From a virus (Duplodnaviria; Caudoviricetes), in IMG/VR virus record IMGVR_UViG_3300046779_000811, positions 1 through 34,833 of that record: a stretch of 34,833 bases of DNA. One strand, written 5' to 3'. Below the pieces are notes generated by a model. That model was not told the origin of the DNA, made no database searches, and worked only from the letters and a program-made list of their open reading frames with translations. Position 1 is the stretch's first letter, and each line of letters begins with the position of its first letter. Position numbers and translations under genes: made by a program. Shown here one piece after another: positions 7,612 through 16,540 of this stretch.

Positions 7612-8141
7612 TGGAAAAAGATACATCTCAGATAAAGTATATAAAAGGCTTTATGAGTCCAGAAGATGCTGAAAGAATTTATCAGCATGCTAAAAAATTT
7701 GATGATGGATTTAATATGCATGGTAATAACGAAAAAGAGTTTAAGGTATACACGTACCACGAGATTGAGGCTAATGAGAAAGAAGTCTTAAACCTAATGC
7801 AGGATTACGCATTTAGAGTTTATGATTATGTTCTTAAAACATACGGTGGACCATTTCAAGAATTCAATCCTCACAAAACTCATATTGCACGTTTTGAGGA
7901 AGGGCATGGAATGCACGATCACTTTGACTCATCACGACCAAACGATATAGCAACACTTGTATATCTTAATAGTGACTATGAAGGCGGAGAGATTTATTTC
8001 CCTGATTACGATATTGTTATTAAGCCAGAGCCAGGAGACCTTCTTTGTTTCCCAGATCAGCCAGCGTATGTTCATGGAGTTAAGACAATTAAGAGTGGCA
8101 CAAGATATACAACACCTCGTTGGTTCACACGCATAGTGTGA
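7611..8141 (+). CDS. Prolyl-4-hydroxylase-like 2OG-Fe(II) oxygenase
   Basis: HFD (HxD), LVYLNSDYEGGEIYFP, KPEPGDLLCFP, HGV, RYT; TAATG overlap with the nrdJ stop. Confidence 0.88.
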   Translation: MEKDTSQIKYIKGFMSPEDAERIYQHAKKFDDGFNMHGNNEKEFKVYTYHEIEANEKEVLNLMQDYAFRVYDYVLKTYGGPFQEFNPHKTHIARFEEGHGMHDHFDSSRPNDIATLVYLNSDYEGGEIYFPDYDIVIKPEPGDLLCFPDQPAYVHGVKTIKSGTRYTTPRWFTRIV

Positions 8142-8147
8142 TAAAAT
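8139..8147 (+). promoter_or_regulatory. Extended -10 promoter TGATAAAAT, near-leaderless
   Basis: TGn-TAAAAT 9 nt before ATG 8157, with no Shine-Dalgarno between. Confidence 0.55.
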
Positions 8148-8156
8148 AGACTTATA

Positions 8157-11100
8157 ATGTCTAGTCCATCTAACCTATACGCAGAAAAGGTGTTTGCAGA
8201 ACACCCAATGGCTTTGTGGGCACTAGATGACAAGGTAGATTATATTTCTTTAATTTCTGAGTCTGAGAGAGATCTTTCTTCTTGGACAATTTCTGGCGGT
8301 ACTGCAGAACTATCACCAGGAACCGTAGATGAACCGTTTATATCTAGTCATGTTACTAAACTAATTGGTGAGACAACAGAAGGTATCTACAATATAATAG
8401 AGTGTCGTGGACCAGAACTATTTGACTTACAGGACTTAAATCATGAACTTGGAACATTTGCAATTGGATCATATTTTTACTCTTTAAGTCCATACATTGT
8501 TGGCTTAGATATTGGATACGAGTATTATGATTCTACTACTGGATCTAATGTTCAAAACTTAAAACATTACGACACATCGGTGTATGATAAATGGTTGTTT
8601 GTATCAGAAACCTTTCATATACCGACAGATGATGTGGCAATGAGGCCAGTAATTAAGGTAACATATCTAAATAGTTCAACTCTAGATGAGACGTATGAGT
8701 TTTTAGTTAATGGTTTTTCTATTGGGCAGTGGTCAGAGGAGTTTCACTCTGTGTCTTTAGGCGTTGAGCCAATTGCTTTACCAACCAATATTAACTTGCC
8801 AGCACTAAACGGTATTAAAGCAAATGCATATGGACTACAGGAAAGTTCTGGGTACTATATTCTTGATCAATCATCTTTGTGTGCTAAGAACTCTGGAGTT
8901 CCAATGGTATACGGAGCATCTAACAACACAATCATTGTTCCTAACTCAAACATGTATCCAGGACTAATTGTGCCTGGTCAAGGATTTTTAAATAACTCTG
9001 GAAAGTTTAAAGAGTACACAGCAGAGATGTGGCTTAGAATTAACTCTAGTGCAACTACACTTAAAAGAATATTTGGACCAATTGGATCTAATGATGGCTT
9101 GTATGTAGATGGACCATTTATCAAACTAAAGATATCTGACAACGTAGGGTCTTTTTGCGTGGGGCAGTGGACAAGACCGATGCTCATACATATTAGAATC
9201 ACAAAGAATGCAGCAAGTCTATTGATCAATGGAGAGCAAGTAATATCGCTAGATTTTATAACTGAAGACCTAAGTTTCCCAGACAAAGAAGTGGCTGGAA
9301 AAGATAATGACTGGCTAGCATTTTATGCCTATGAAGATGTATCTCCGCTCGAACTAGACTGTGTTGCAATCTATCCTTATCAGGTTCCTATCTTGGTAGC
9401 CAAGAGAAGGTTTGTTTACGGTCAAGGTGTTGAGATTCCAGAAAATATTAATAGTGCCTACAGTGGTACTTCTGTATTTATTGATTACCCCTTTGCAGAC
9501 TATACTAATAACTACATGTATCCAGATATGGGAAAATGGTCACAAGGTGTTGTTGATAATCTTGCTATAGAAAACAACATGTTGTCTATTCCAGACTATG
9601 CTTTGCCAAACCTTGTTTCTAGTTCTAAAACTCTGGACAACTTTAAGCAGGACAACTATGCAATACAAAATGAAGATGAAGTGTTTATCTCACTATCACC
9701 CAATAGTAGTTGGAACTCTACTAATTCATATTTAATTTTTGATACGATTAACCCCATTGCTGAAGAAACTGCTGCAATTTATGGTGTCTTTAAGTATACA
9801 GAGGTAGATAGTGTTGAAAAGACTTTAATTAGAATAGAAGACCAAAGTACTGGAAACTATCTATCTGTCAACATAAAAGACAATCTTATTAAATACGTTC
9901 TGCAGGTTGAATCAGAATTAAGCACAATTTATCAGTCTGATGCTGTTTTGTTGGGAGATCACTTTACTGCTGGTATCAACCTAAATGATTTTTCTAATTA
10001 CTACGGTGGTAATGTAGCATCTCTTTTAGGTAACAGATCAACACTACGTGTTTATATTGGCGGAGACAAAGAACTACAAAACACCTTTAAAGGAAAGATC
10101 TATAAGATTGTTTTTGATAACGCTAAAAACTTTACAAAAGTTTCAAAACTTTTTAATGAGTCAGGAGTGCCTAAAGAGTATGAGAATGTCTTTAATCAAT
10201 ATGACATGTCAGTGCTTTATGATGCAGGAGATGACTACTTTGGCGAAGATCAATCATTCTGGCAGTACGTCCTCGATGGAGGAAACCCTTCATCTTTTGT
10301 AACAACAAGGATATCTGAGCATAATGGAAGTTATGAGTTGGTTGGATCATTACAGTTTGGTTTGTTTGAACTTGATATAAACGTTTCTAGTTCATGGGAA
10401 GATAACATCCCACTGACATATTTTGCTAAATACGTAACTGACTCAAAGGGCAAAGAGTTGTACGACTTGGACTTCTTGCAGTTTAATATTAACTATCCAG
10501 CACCAATCAAGTATGTTGAGTTTGGAGATTATCAGGGATGGACCTATGCAGAACTTATGTCTAGATACTCTACTCCAGTTCAAAGAACCTATGCCTCTTT
10601 AGACAACCATCTTTATACTGGATACAATAACTACTCTGACTTACTCACTAAGTCATCAAAGAGATATAATCTAGACACCAAGAGGTCACTGGTTAGATCT
10701 TATGTTTCTTTTCAGTACACTGTCGACGGTGCTAACTCAAGCGCAGATTCTTTTAAGTACTCAGTTCGACCAGAAGTTGGTTCAGTAGTTCGCCCAGGTA
10801 CGTACGTTGTTGATAAAGATGAAGATGGAAATAATATCTACGATAGTTTCTTAAATACAAGATATGAGGTTGTCGATAACAGCATTATTTATCCACCTTC
10901 AGGAATTAACTTTAATGATTTATCTTTGGTGGTGCATTTACAGATTTCCGTAAGCAATATTTCTAAGAACCCTCTTAAGGTTAGGTCTTTGCAAATTGCA
11001 TCTCAGGCATTTAATGAATCAGCAAATGAGATAGGCACTAGATTTGGAACACCTATTTATCCATACAAGAAGACTGGTGTTTATTATGACTATAAAACAG

Positions 11101-11909
11101 AGAATCCGTTTAGCATCTATAAAGGAAGTTCCCCTTATCTATACCTAACAAGAGATAGCGGTATTCAGGTCAGAGGTACCTTTGATCCACTAGTTAATAG
11201 AGGGCTTGCTATTCCAATCAACAAGTCCTTGTCCAGTGACTACAAGGTTATGGCAATGCAGATTGCAGTAAGATATGATCAAAGTTTCTTCCCATATGCA
11301 CCAACATCAATTTTTGAAATAGAAAGTCGAAATGGTGTTATTAAATTTTTTATGGTTGCTGATAGTCCAGAAGGACAAAGAGCAAGGGTATATGCAATCA
11401 ATGCTAACACTGGAGAACTTGAAGATGGTATTACCTTCTACCTGAACGGCAATATTGTTAATGATCCAGTATTGACAATTAAGGAGTGGTCATTTATTGG
11501 AATCTCATTTTCTAATCTACTTAACTTCAATAACTTTGTTGGCTCTTTTAGAGTTAACGGACCACTGCTGGTTAACCTGGTATCTAATTACAAGTCGACA
11601 AATCTTCAAGAAGTACAGACAGTGACTACAAGACCTTGGTTTAAGGTTAAGTACTCTGGCGCACTGGAACTAGACTGGGACTTTTGGGATCTAGCCTATA
11701 AGTGGCAAGGTGTGCTTGTTCTTTCCTCAACATCCTACTATGGAGCAAACCCTTCTGATATCTATAAGGCTTATGCTGGAACAAATAAGATTTTGGTCGA
11801 TGACTACAATGAGGCAGAAACTAACCCAAAGATTTTATCGTTTAAAGACTACGAATATAACATTTATAGTGAAATAGAGTGGCAGTCTTCAACGCAAAAC
11901 GCAGTATAA
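8157..11909 (+). CDS. Large virion structural protein with concanavalin A/LamG-like domains
   Basis: 1250 aa, rich in beta-strand and aromatic residues. N-terminal PMALWALDD; LamG-like YTAEMWLRI...HIRITKNAASLLINGEQV and FYLNGN...WSFIGISF. Confidence 0.6.
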   Translation: MSSPSNLYAEKVFAEHPMALWALDDKVDYISLISESERDLSSWTISGGTAELSPGTVDEPFISSHVTKLIGETTEGIYNIIECRGPELFDLQDLNHELGTFAIGSYFYSLSPYIVGLDIGYEYYDSTTGSNVQNLKHYDTSVYDKWLFVSETFHIPTDDVAMRPVIKVTYLNSSTLDETYEFLVNGFSIGQWSEEFHSVSLGVEPIALPTNINLPALNGIKANAYGLQESSGYYILDQSSLCAKNSGVPMVYGASNNTIIVPNSNMYPGLIVPGQGFLNNSGKFKEYTAEMWLRINSSATTLKRIFGPIGSNDGLYVDGPFIKLKISDNVGSFCVGQWTRPMLIHIRITKNAASLLINGEQVISLDFITEDLSFPDKEVAGKDNDWLAFYAYEDVSPLELDCVAIYPYQVPILVAKRRFVYGQGVEIPENINSAYSGTSVFIDYPFADYTNNYMYPDMGKWSQGVVDNLAIENNMLSIPDYALPNLVSSSKTLDNFKQDNYAIQNEDEVFISLSPNSSWNSTNSYLIFDTINPIAEETAAIYGVFKYTEVDSVEKTLIRIEDQSTGNYLSVNIKDNLIKYVLQVESELSTIYQSDAVLLGDHFTAGINLNDFSNYYGGNVASLLGNRSTLRVYIGGDKELQNTFKGKIYKIVFDNAKNFTKVSKLFNESGVPKEYENVFNQYDMSVLYDAGDDYFGEDQSFWQYVLDGGNPSSFVTTRISEHNGSYELVGSLQFGLFELDINVSSSWEDNIPLTYFAKYVTDSKGKELYDLDFLQFNINYPAPIKYVEFGDYQGWTYAELMSRYSTPVQRTYASLDNHLYTGYNNYSDLLTKSSKRYNLDTKRSLVRSYVSFQYTVDGANSSADSFKYSVRPEVGSVVRPGTYVVDKDEDGNNIYDSFLNTRYEVVDNSIIYPPSGINFNDLSLVVHLQISVSNISKNPLKVRSLQIASQAFNESANEIGTRFGTPIYPYKKTGVYYDYKTENPFSIYKGSSPYLYLTRDSGIQVRGTFDPLVNRGLAIPINKSLSSDYKVMAMQIAVRYDQSFFPYAPTSIFEIESRNGVIKFFMVADSPEGQRARVYAINANTGELEDGITFYLNGNIVNDPVLTIKEWSFIGISFSNLLNFNNFVGSFRVNGPLLVNLVSNYKSTNLQEVQTVTTRPWFKVKYSGALELDWDFWDLAYKWQGVLVLSSTSYYGANPSDIYKAYAGTNKILVDDYNEAETNPKILSFKDYEYNIYSEIEWQSSTQNAV

Positions 11910-11911
11910 TA

Positions 11912-11920
11912 TGGTATACT
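11912..11920 (+). promoter_or_regulatory. Extended -10 promoter TGGTATACT, leaderless
   Basis: 7 nt before ATG 11928, no SD; identical 9-mer at 20295. Confidence 0.65.
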
Positions 11921-11927
11921 TGTGGTT

Positions 11928-12332
11928 ATGAATATTGAAAAACCAGGAAAAAAGCGTAAAGTATTGCCCAAAATGAAGGGGCAGGTTGGCGAGTCTAAAG
12001 TCAAGGTTATTGAAAAGCATTACGATTGGGGCCTATATGTATACAAAAAGGCTAACGGAAAATGGTTTACTGACGGTAACGGATCAATCCTTAACATTGA
12101 ATCAATGAAGGGTGACATTGGACAGATTGCAAAACTTAGAGATGCTGCAAAATATTATGGTGATGAAGGCGACGGCACCTGTATTTTTGTTCCAGGTTTA
12201 ACACGTATTTCAGAAGAAGAATACTCTGAGCAGAAGCAAAGACTTTCAGAAGGACTTATTCCCTCTATGAACGACCTTGGTGCATGGCATGCTGCACAAC
12301 AAACACACAATAAATATGGAAGTGACGAATAA
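11928..12332 (+). CDS. Hypothetical protein upstream of the portal gene
   Basis: ORF with a basic N-terminus (KPGKKRK) and a TAATG overlap with the portal gene; ATG 11928 preferred to GTG 11922 on promoter spacing. Confidence 0.75.
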   Translation: MNIEKPGKKRKVLPKMKGQVGESKVKVIEKHYDWGLYVYKKANGKWFTDGNGSILNIESMKGDIGQIAKLRDAAKYYGDEGDGTCIFVPGLTRISEEEYSEQKQRLSEGLIPSMNDLGAWHAAQQTHNKYGSDE

Positions 12333-13939
12333 TGTCCGAAGATAATGAATACATAATTGGTGCATCAGTAGACCACTTCCCAGAAGCAGCAGATATTTTT
12401 AAAGAGCAAGATCCATTCAATAAAACATGGGACGAACTTAAGGTTTTGTCTGGTTTAGATAATAACTTTAAAAGAAGAGCAACACGTATTGCAAAGGGTG
12501 AAGTTACACCACAATACCTAGAAAGTTCTTTGGCTGTAAAAAGCGGTAAGGACGGAGCAAAGTCAAAAGAGATTAACCCTGGCAGTATTTACAGAAACGG
12601 ATATGGACTCTTTGATGTTATTACTCCGCCATGGAATCTATACGAATTGGCAAATTACTACGATACCTCTTTTGCTAACCATGCTGCAATTGATGCAAAG
12701 GTAGAAAATATTGTTGGCTTGGGGTATGACTTTGAGATCTCACCAAGAACTATGGTTAAGTTAGAAGCAGCACAACCAAAGACAGCAGAGAATGCTCGTA
12801 AGAGAATTGAACGTGCAAAGATTGAATTAACTGACTGGCTTGAAAGTTTGAATACTGAAGACTCTTTTACAACTATTATGGAAAAGGTTTATACAGATAT
12901 TCAAGCAACAGGAAATGGTTACATTGAAGTTGGTCGCACAACTGCTGGACAAATTGGTTACATTGGACATATTCCATCAGTAACAATGAGAGTCCGTAGA
13001 TTGCGTGATGGCTTTGTTCAGGTCATTGGTAATAAGGTTGTTTACTTTAGAAACTTTGGTGCAAAGAATCCAAATCCAGTAACAGCAGATACACGACCAA
13101 ATGAAATTATTCATTTTAAGGAATACTCACCACTAAATACTTTTTATGGCGTTCCAGATATTATTTCAGCAATTAATGCTTTACATGGAGATTTACTTGC
13201 TTCACAATACAATATTGATTACTTTAGCAATAAGGCTGTGCCAAGATATGTTGTAACACTTAAGGGCGCTAAACTTTCTGGAGAAGCAGAAGATAAAATG
13301 TTTAGATTCCTTCAGACAGGAATGAAGGGGCAAAACCACAGAACTCTATACATTCCATTGCCTGGAGATTCAGACACCAACAAGGTTGAGTTTGAAATGA
13401 AGCCAATTGAAAACGGCGTACAAGAAGGATCATTCGAAAAGTATCGTAAACAAAACCGTGATGATATTTTAGTAGCACATCAAGTGCCTTTGTCAAAGTT
13501 GGGCGGTGGAGATTCATCAGCCATTGCAGCAGCACTAGCACAAGATAGAACTTTCAAGGAGCAGGTAGCAAGACCAGCACAGAGAGAACTAGAAAAGCCA
13601 ATCAATAAGATTATTCGTGAGCAAACAGATATCCTTCAGTTTAAGTTTAACGAGTTAACCCTTACTGATGAAATTGCTCAGTCACAAATCCTTGAGAGAT
13701 ACGTTAAGAATCAGATCATGGTTCCTAATGAAGCAAGAGCAATCTTGCGTATGCCTCAGCGAAATGGTGGAGATGCTCCTCTAGAGATGAAGCCACAGCA
13801 GGCAGCAGAAGAGACAACTAACAGAGCAAGAGATACAGAAAGATCTAATAATCAGTCTGATAGTCCAGCCACAGTTTCTGGACGTAACCCAAAGGGCGAG
13901 GGTCGTAAATCAGATGAATTGCCTGAATTGTCCGAATAG
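12332..13939 (+). CDS. Portal protein (PBSX/XkdE-like family)
   Basis: AIDAKVENIVGLGY, GNGYIEVGR...HIP...MR, NEIIHFKEYSPLNTFYGVPD, YFSNKAVP, DILVAHQVP, PNEAR; precedes protease and capsid. Confidence 0.92.
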   Translation: MSEDNEYIIGASVDHFPEAADIFKEQDPFNKTWDELKVLSGLDNNFKRRATRIAKGEVTPQYLESSLAVKSGKDGAKSKEINPGSIYRNGYGLFDVITPPWNLYELANYYDTSFANHAAIDAKVENIVGLGYDFEISPRTMVKLEAAQPKTAENARKRIERAKIELTDWLESLNTEDSFTTIMEKVYTDIQATGNGYIEVGRTTAGQIGYIGHIPSVTMRVRRLRDGFVQVIGNKVVYFRNFGAKNPNPVTADTRPNEIIHFKEYSPLNTFYGVPDIISAINALHGDLLASQYNIDYFSNKAVPRYVVTLKGAKLSGEAEDKMFRFLQTGMKGQNHRTLYIPLPGDSDTNKVEFEMKPIENGVQEGSFEKYRKQNRDDILVAHQVPLSKLGGGDSSAIAAALAQDRTFKEQVARPAQRELEKPINKIIREQTDILQFKFNELTLTDEIAQSQILERYVKNQIMVPNEARAILRMPQRNGGDAPLEMKPQQAAEETTNRARDTERSNNQSDSPATVSGRNPKGEGRKSDELPELSE

Positions 13940-13959
13940 TAAGATATTGTTAAAAAGGG

Positions 13960-13968
13960 GTTTATAAT
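13960..13968 (+). promoter_or_regulatory. Putative -10 promoter (GTTTATAAT), leaderless
   Basis: TATAAT at 13963-13968 just before ATG 13972/GTG 13975, no SD; lacks the TG extension. Confidence 0.45.
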
Positions 13969-13971
13969 ATA

Positions 13972-15279
13972 ATGGTGATCAATATAGCCAAGGCTCATTG
14001 GAATTCAGACGGAGAAAACTTACGTCTTTCTATGCCCTTTAGTAAGGTTGACAAGGAAAGACGTATTGTATCTGGTTTTGCATCTCTCGATAATATCGAC
14101 AAGCAAAACGACATTGTAACTGCAGAAGCATCAATGCAGGCATTTGCAAAGTTCCGTGGTAACATTCGTGAAATGCATCAGCCACTTGCAGTAGGTAAGA
14201 TGATTAACTTTAAAGAAGACAAGTACTTTGATCCAGAATCTAAGAAATTTTATTCTGGTGTTTTTGTTTCTGCATATGTTTCAAAAGGTGCACAAGATAC
14301 TTGGGAGAAAGTTCTTGACGGAACACTAACTGGTTTTTCAATTGGCGGAAGAATGAATAAGTGGGATGACGGATATGATGAGAAGTCAGATACACAAATT
14401 AGAATTATTAAGGAATATGATTTAGTAGAATTGAGTCTTGTAGATTCACCAGCAAATCAGTTTGCAAATATCGTATCAGTAGAAAAGGTTGATGGCGTGG
14501 ATGTAATCAAGGCAGATGAGACAGTTTTGGAAAATGTGTTTTATGACAAGGAAGCAGGACTTGTTTTAGTTTCAGAAAATGAATCAGAACTAAATCCAGT
14601 TACTGGCAACCAAATGGAAAATATAGGTTTCGTTGAAAAAACGGATAATGAAAAAACAACAATGATAAAGTTCTTAGTTGATAGTGCTAAAGGCATTAAT
14701 ACTTCTAAGATTAACAAGGAGGTCAATCCTATGACAGAAACAACAAACGAAGTAGTAGAAGAAATCGTTGAGAAATCAGATGCTACAGTTGTAGAAACAC
14801 AGGTCGCTCCAGAGGCTATTGTCGAAGAATCAACAGATGCAGAAAAGGCTATGAAGCCAGCAGATGAAGAGACTCCAGCAGAAGATGCTAGCGAAAAGCC
14901 AGCAGATGAAATGGAAGAAGACAAGGCAAAGAAGTCAGATGATATTGCAGCAGTAGTTGCAGATATCAAGGACAATCTTACAACAGCCTTTAGCGATCTA
15001 TTATCAACAGTTAAGTCTTTGCAGGCAGAAGTAGAAATGCTTAAGTCTTCAAAGGTCGATGTTGACACAGTAAAGGATTCATTTGATGCAGTTGCAAAAG
15101 ATATTGCTTCAGCAAGAAATGAATTTAATGAGTTTGGTAAGCGAGTAGACGCTGTAGAAGCAGACACCGCTTTCCGAAAGTCTGGAGATCTCGGAGAGAT
15201 CATCCAAGACCAACCAGAGATGGTTGAAAAATCCCTATGGGGCGGACGTTTCCTCAAAACAACCGATCTATTTAGTTAG
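13972..15279 (+). CDS. Prohead maturation protease (XkdF/HK97-type) fused to an acidic coiled-coil scaffold region
   Basis: RRIVSGFAS...DKQNDIV, IREMHQ, WEKVLDGTLTGFSIGG, LVELSLVDSPAN; Glu/Ala/Asp-rich helical C-terminal part; lies between portal and capsid. Confidence 0.88.
   Translation: MVINIAKAHWNSDGENLRLSMPFSKVDKERRIVSGFASLDNIDKQNDIVTAEASMQAFAKFRGNIREMHQPLAVGKMINFKEDKYFDPESKKFYSGVFVSAYVSKGAQDTWEKVLDGTLTGFSIGGRMNKWDDGYDEKSDTQIRIIKEYDLVELSLVDSPANQFANIVSVEKVDGVDVIKADETVLENVFYDKEAGLVLVSENESELNPVTGNQMENIGFVEKTDNEKTTMIKFLVDSAKGINTSKINKEVNPMTETTNEVVEEIVEKSDATVVETQVAPEAIVEESTDAEKAMKPADEETPAEDASEKPADEMEEDKAKKSDDIAAVVADIKDNLTTAFSDLLSTVKSLQAEVEMLKSSKVDVDTVKDSFDAVAKDIASARNEFNEFGKRVDAVEADTAFRKSGDLGEIIQDQPEMVEKSLWGGRFLKTTDLFS
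14731..15279 (+). CDS. Nested in-frame scaffolding protein (182 aa) from an internal start
   Basis: AAGGAGGT (14716-14723) sits 7 nt before the in-frame ATG 14731, exactly where the acidic coiled-coil region begins (MTETTNEVVEE). Confidence 0.7.
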   Translation: MTETTNEVVEEIVEKSDATVVETQVAPEAIVEESTDAEKAMKPADEETPAEDASEKPADEMEEDKAKKSDDIAAVVADIKDNLTTAFSDLLSTVKSLQAEVEMLKSSKVDVDTVKDSFDAVAKDIASARNEFNEFGKRVDAVEADTAFRKSGDLGEIIQDQPEMVEKSLWGGRFLKTTDLFS

Positions 15280-15300
15280 AAATCACTTGGAGGTGAAATA

Positions 15301-16449
15301 ATGTCAGAAGAAATTAAGAAAAATCAGCCAGGTACATCTGGTAACATCGGTGGAACAGCACCAGGACTCTATCAGGGTCAAGGCGCTTTTGCATCAGGAT
15401 CAACAGAAGCAGCAAACGTACCAGGTAACTACACCGACGGTGGAGCACTAGGAAATATTCCTACAGCACTCCTCGGTACTACAGATGGACCAAACGCAGT
15501 CAATCCTTCAGGTGATGCCGCTAGCGGAATCCTTCGCCCTGAACAAGCACGTCAGTTTATTGACTACGTGTGGGATGCAACTATCCTCGCTCAAGATGGA
15601 CGTAGAGTCACAATGAGAGCGAACACCATGGAACTTGAAAAAGTTAACGTTGGTGAGCGTGTAATCCGTTCTGCTGCTCAAGCAATCGGTGATTACACCA
15701 ACGCTGGAGCAACCTTCTCAAAGGTAGAACTTACAACAAAGAAGATTCGTCTTGACTGGGAAGTAACAGCAGAAGCACTTGAAGACAACGTCGAAGGTGC
15801 AGCACTTGAAGATCACATCGTTCGTCTTATGACAAACGCATTCGGTAACGATATCGAAGATCTTGCAATCAATGGTACAGGAGACTCTGATGACGGAGCA
15901 TTCCTTGGTATCATGAACGGTTTCGTAAACCGTGTAAAGACAGAGGGAGATGCTCATGAGGCAATTGTTACAGTAGCAGATAATGCTTGGACAACTGAAG
16001 TCATGCAGAACATCATCCTTGCAATGCCACGCAAGTATCGTGCTCTCAAGAACAATCTAAAGTTCTATGTTGGTACAGATGCATTCCAGGGTATCGTTAA
16101 GAACAACGGTACACTTGCAGATGCAATCGCTGAAGCCTTTGTTAACAAGGGCCCAGGAACAGAAGCAAATCGTCAGGCATACCTTGATGGTAATGGACAG
16201 ACATTCGGTGGAGCACGTACAACTCGTGTCCTCGGAGTAGACGTTCAGGAAGTTCCATACTACCCTGCAGGATATGTCGACTTGACATTCCCACAGAACC
16301 GTGTATGGGGATTCCAGCGTGACATCACTGTTAACCGTGAATACAAGCCAAAGAAGGATACTGTAGAATACACAGTCTTCGTTCGCTTCGGTATTCAATG
16401 GGAAGAACAAGATGCAATCGCATTCGCTGACGCTGCATCAGATGCATAA
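15301..16449 (+). CDS. Major capsid protein (HK97 fold, XkdG-like)
   Basis: 382 aa after the protease/scaffold; GGAGGTGA RBS; GILRPEQARQFIDYV, KVELTTKKIRL, EALEDNVEG, DIEDLAINGTG, MPRKYR; followed by a strong hairpin. Confidence 0.93.
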   Translation: MSEEIKKNQPGTSGNIGGTAPGLYQGQGAFASGSTEAANVPGNYTDGGALGNIPTALLGTTDGPNAVNPSGDAASGILRPEQARQFIDYVWDATILAQDGRRVTMRANTMELEKVNVGERVIRSAAQAIGDYTNAGATFSKVELTTKKIRLDWEVTAEALEDNVEGAALEDHIVRLMTNAFGNDIEDLAINGTGDSDDGAFLGIMNGFVNRVKTEGDAHEAIVTVADNAWTTEVMQNIILAMPRKYRALKNNLKFYVGTDAFQGIVKNNGTLADAIAEAFVNKGPGTEANRQAYLDGNGQTFGGARTTRVLGVDVQEVPYYPAGYVDLTFPQNRVWGFQRDITVNREYKPKKDTVEYTVFVRFGIQWEEQDAIAFADAASDA

Positions 16450-16467
16450 TCTGTAGACAGCAAAGTT

Positions 16468-16503
16468 TAGGGGGAGTAGGAGTTAACGCTCCTGCTCCCC
16501 TTA
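16468..16503 (+). terminator. Strong hairpin / intrinsic terminator after the capsid gene
   Basis: TAGGGGGAGTAGGAG-TTAACG-CTCCTGCTCCCCTTA, a 15-bp stem with two G:U pairs; the U-tract is weak. Confidence 0.75.
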
Positions 16504-16512
16504 GCAATTTAA

Positions 16513-16521
16513 TGATATAAT
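16513..16521 (+). promoter_or_regulatory. Extended -10 promoter TGATATAAT
   Basis: Directly after the capsid hairpin; AGGAGGA RBS at 16529-16535 and ATG 16541. Confidence 0.75.
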
Positions 16522-16540
16522 ACTATTTAGGAGGAATAAA

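Noticed and set aside
11928-12332. Terminase small subunit
   Set aside because: The position is suggestive, but no HTH or oligomerisation pattern is recognisable and no terL is adjacent.
14541-15257. 238-aa minus-strand ORF
   Set aside because: Antisense shadow of the low-complexity scaffold region; Ser-rich, with no RBS or recognisable motif.
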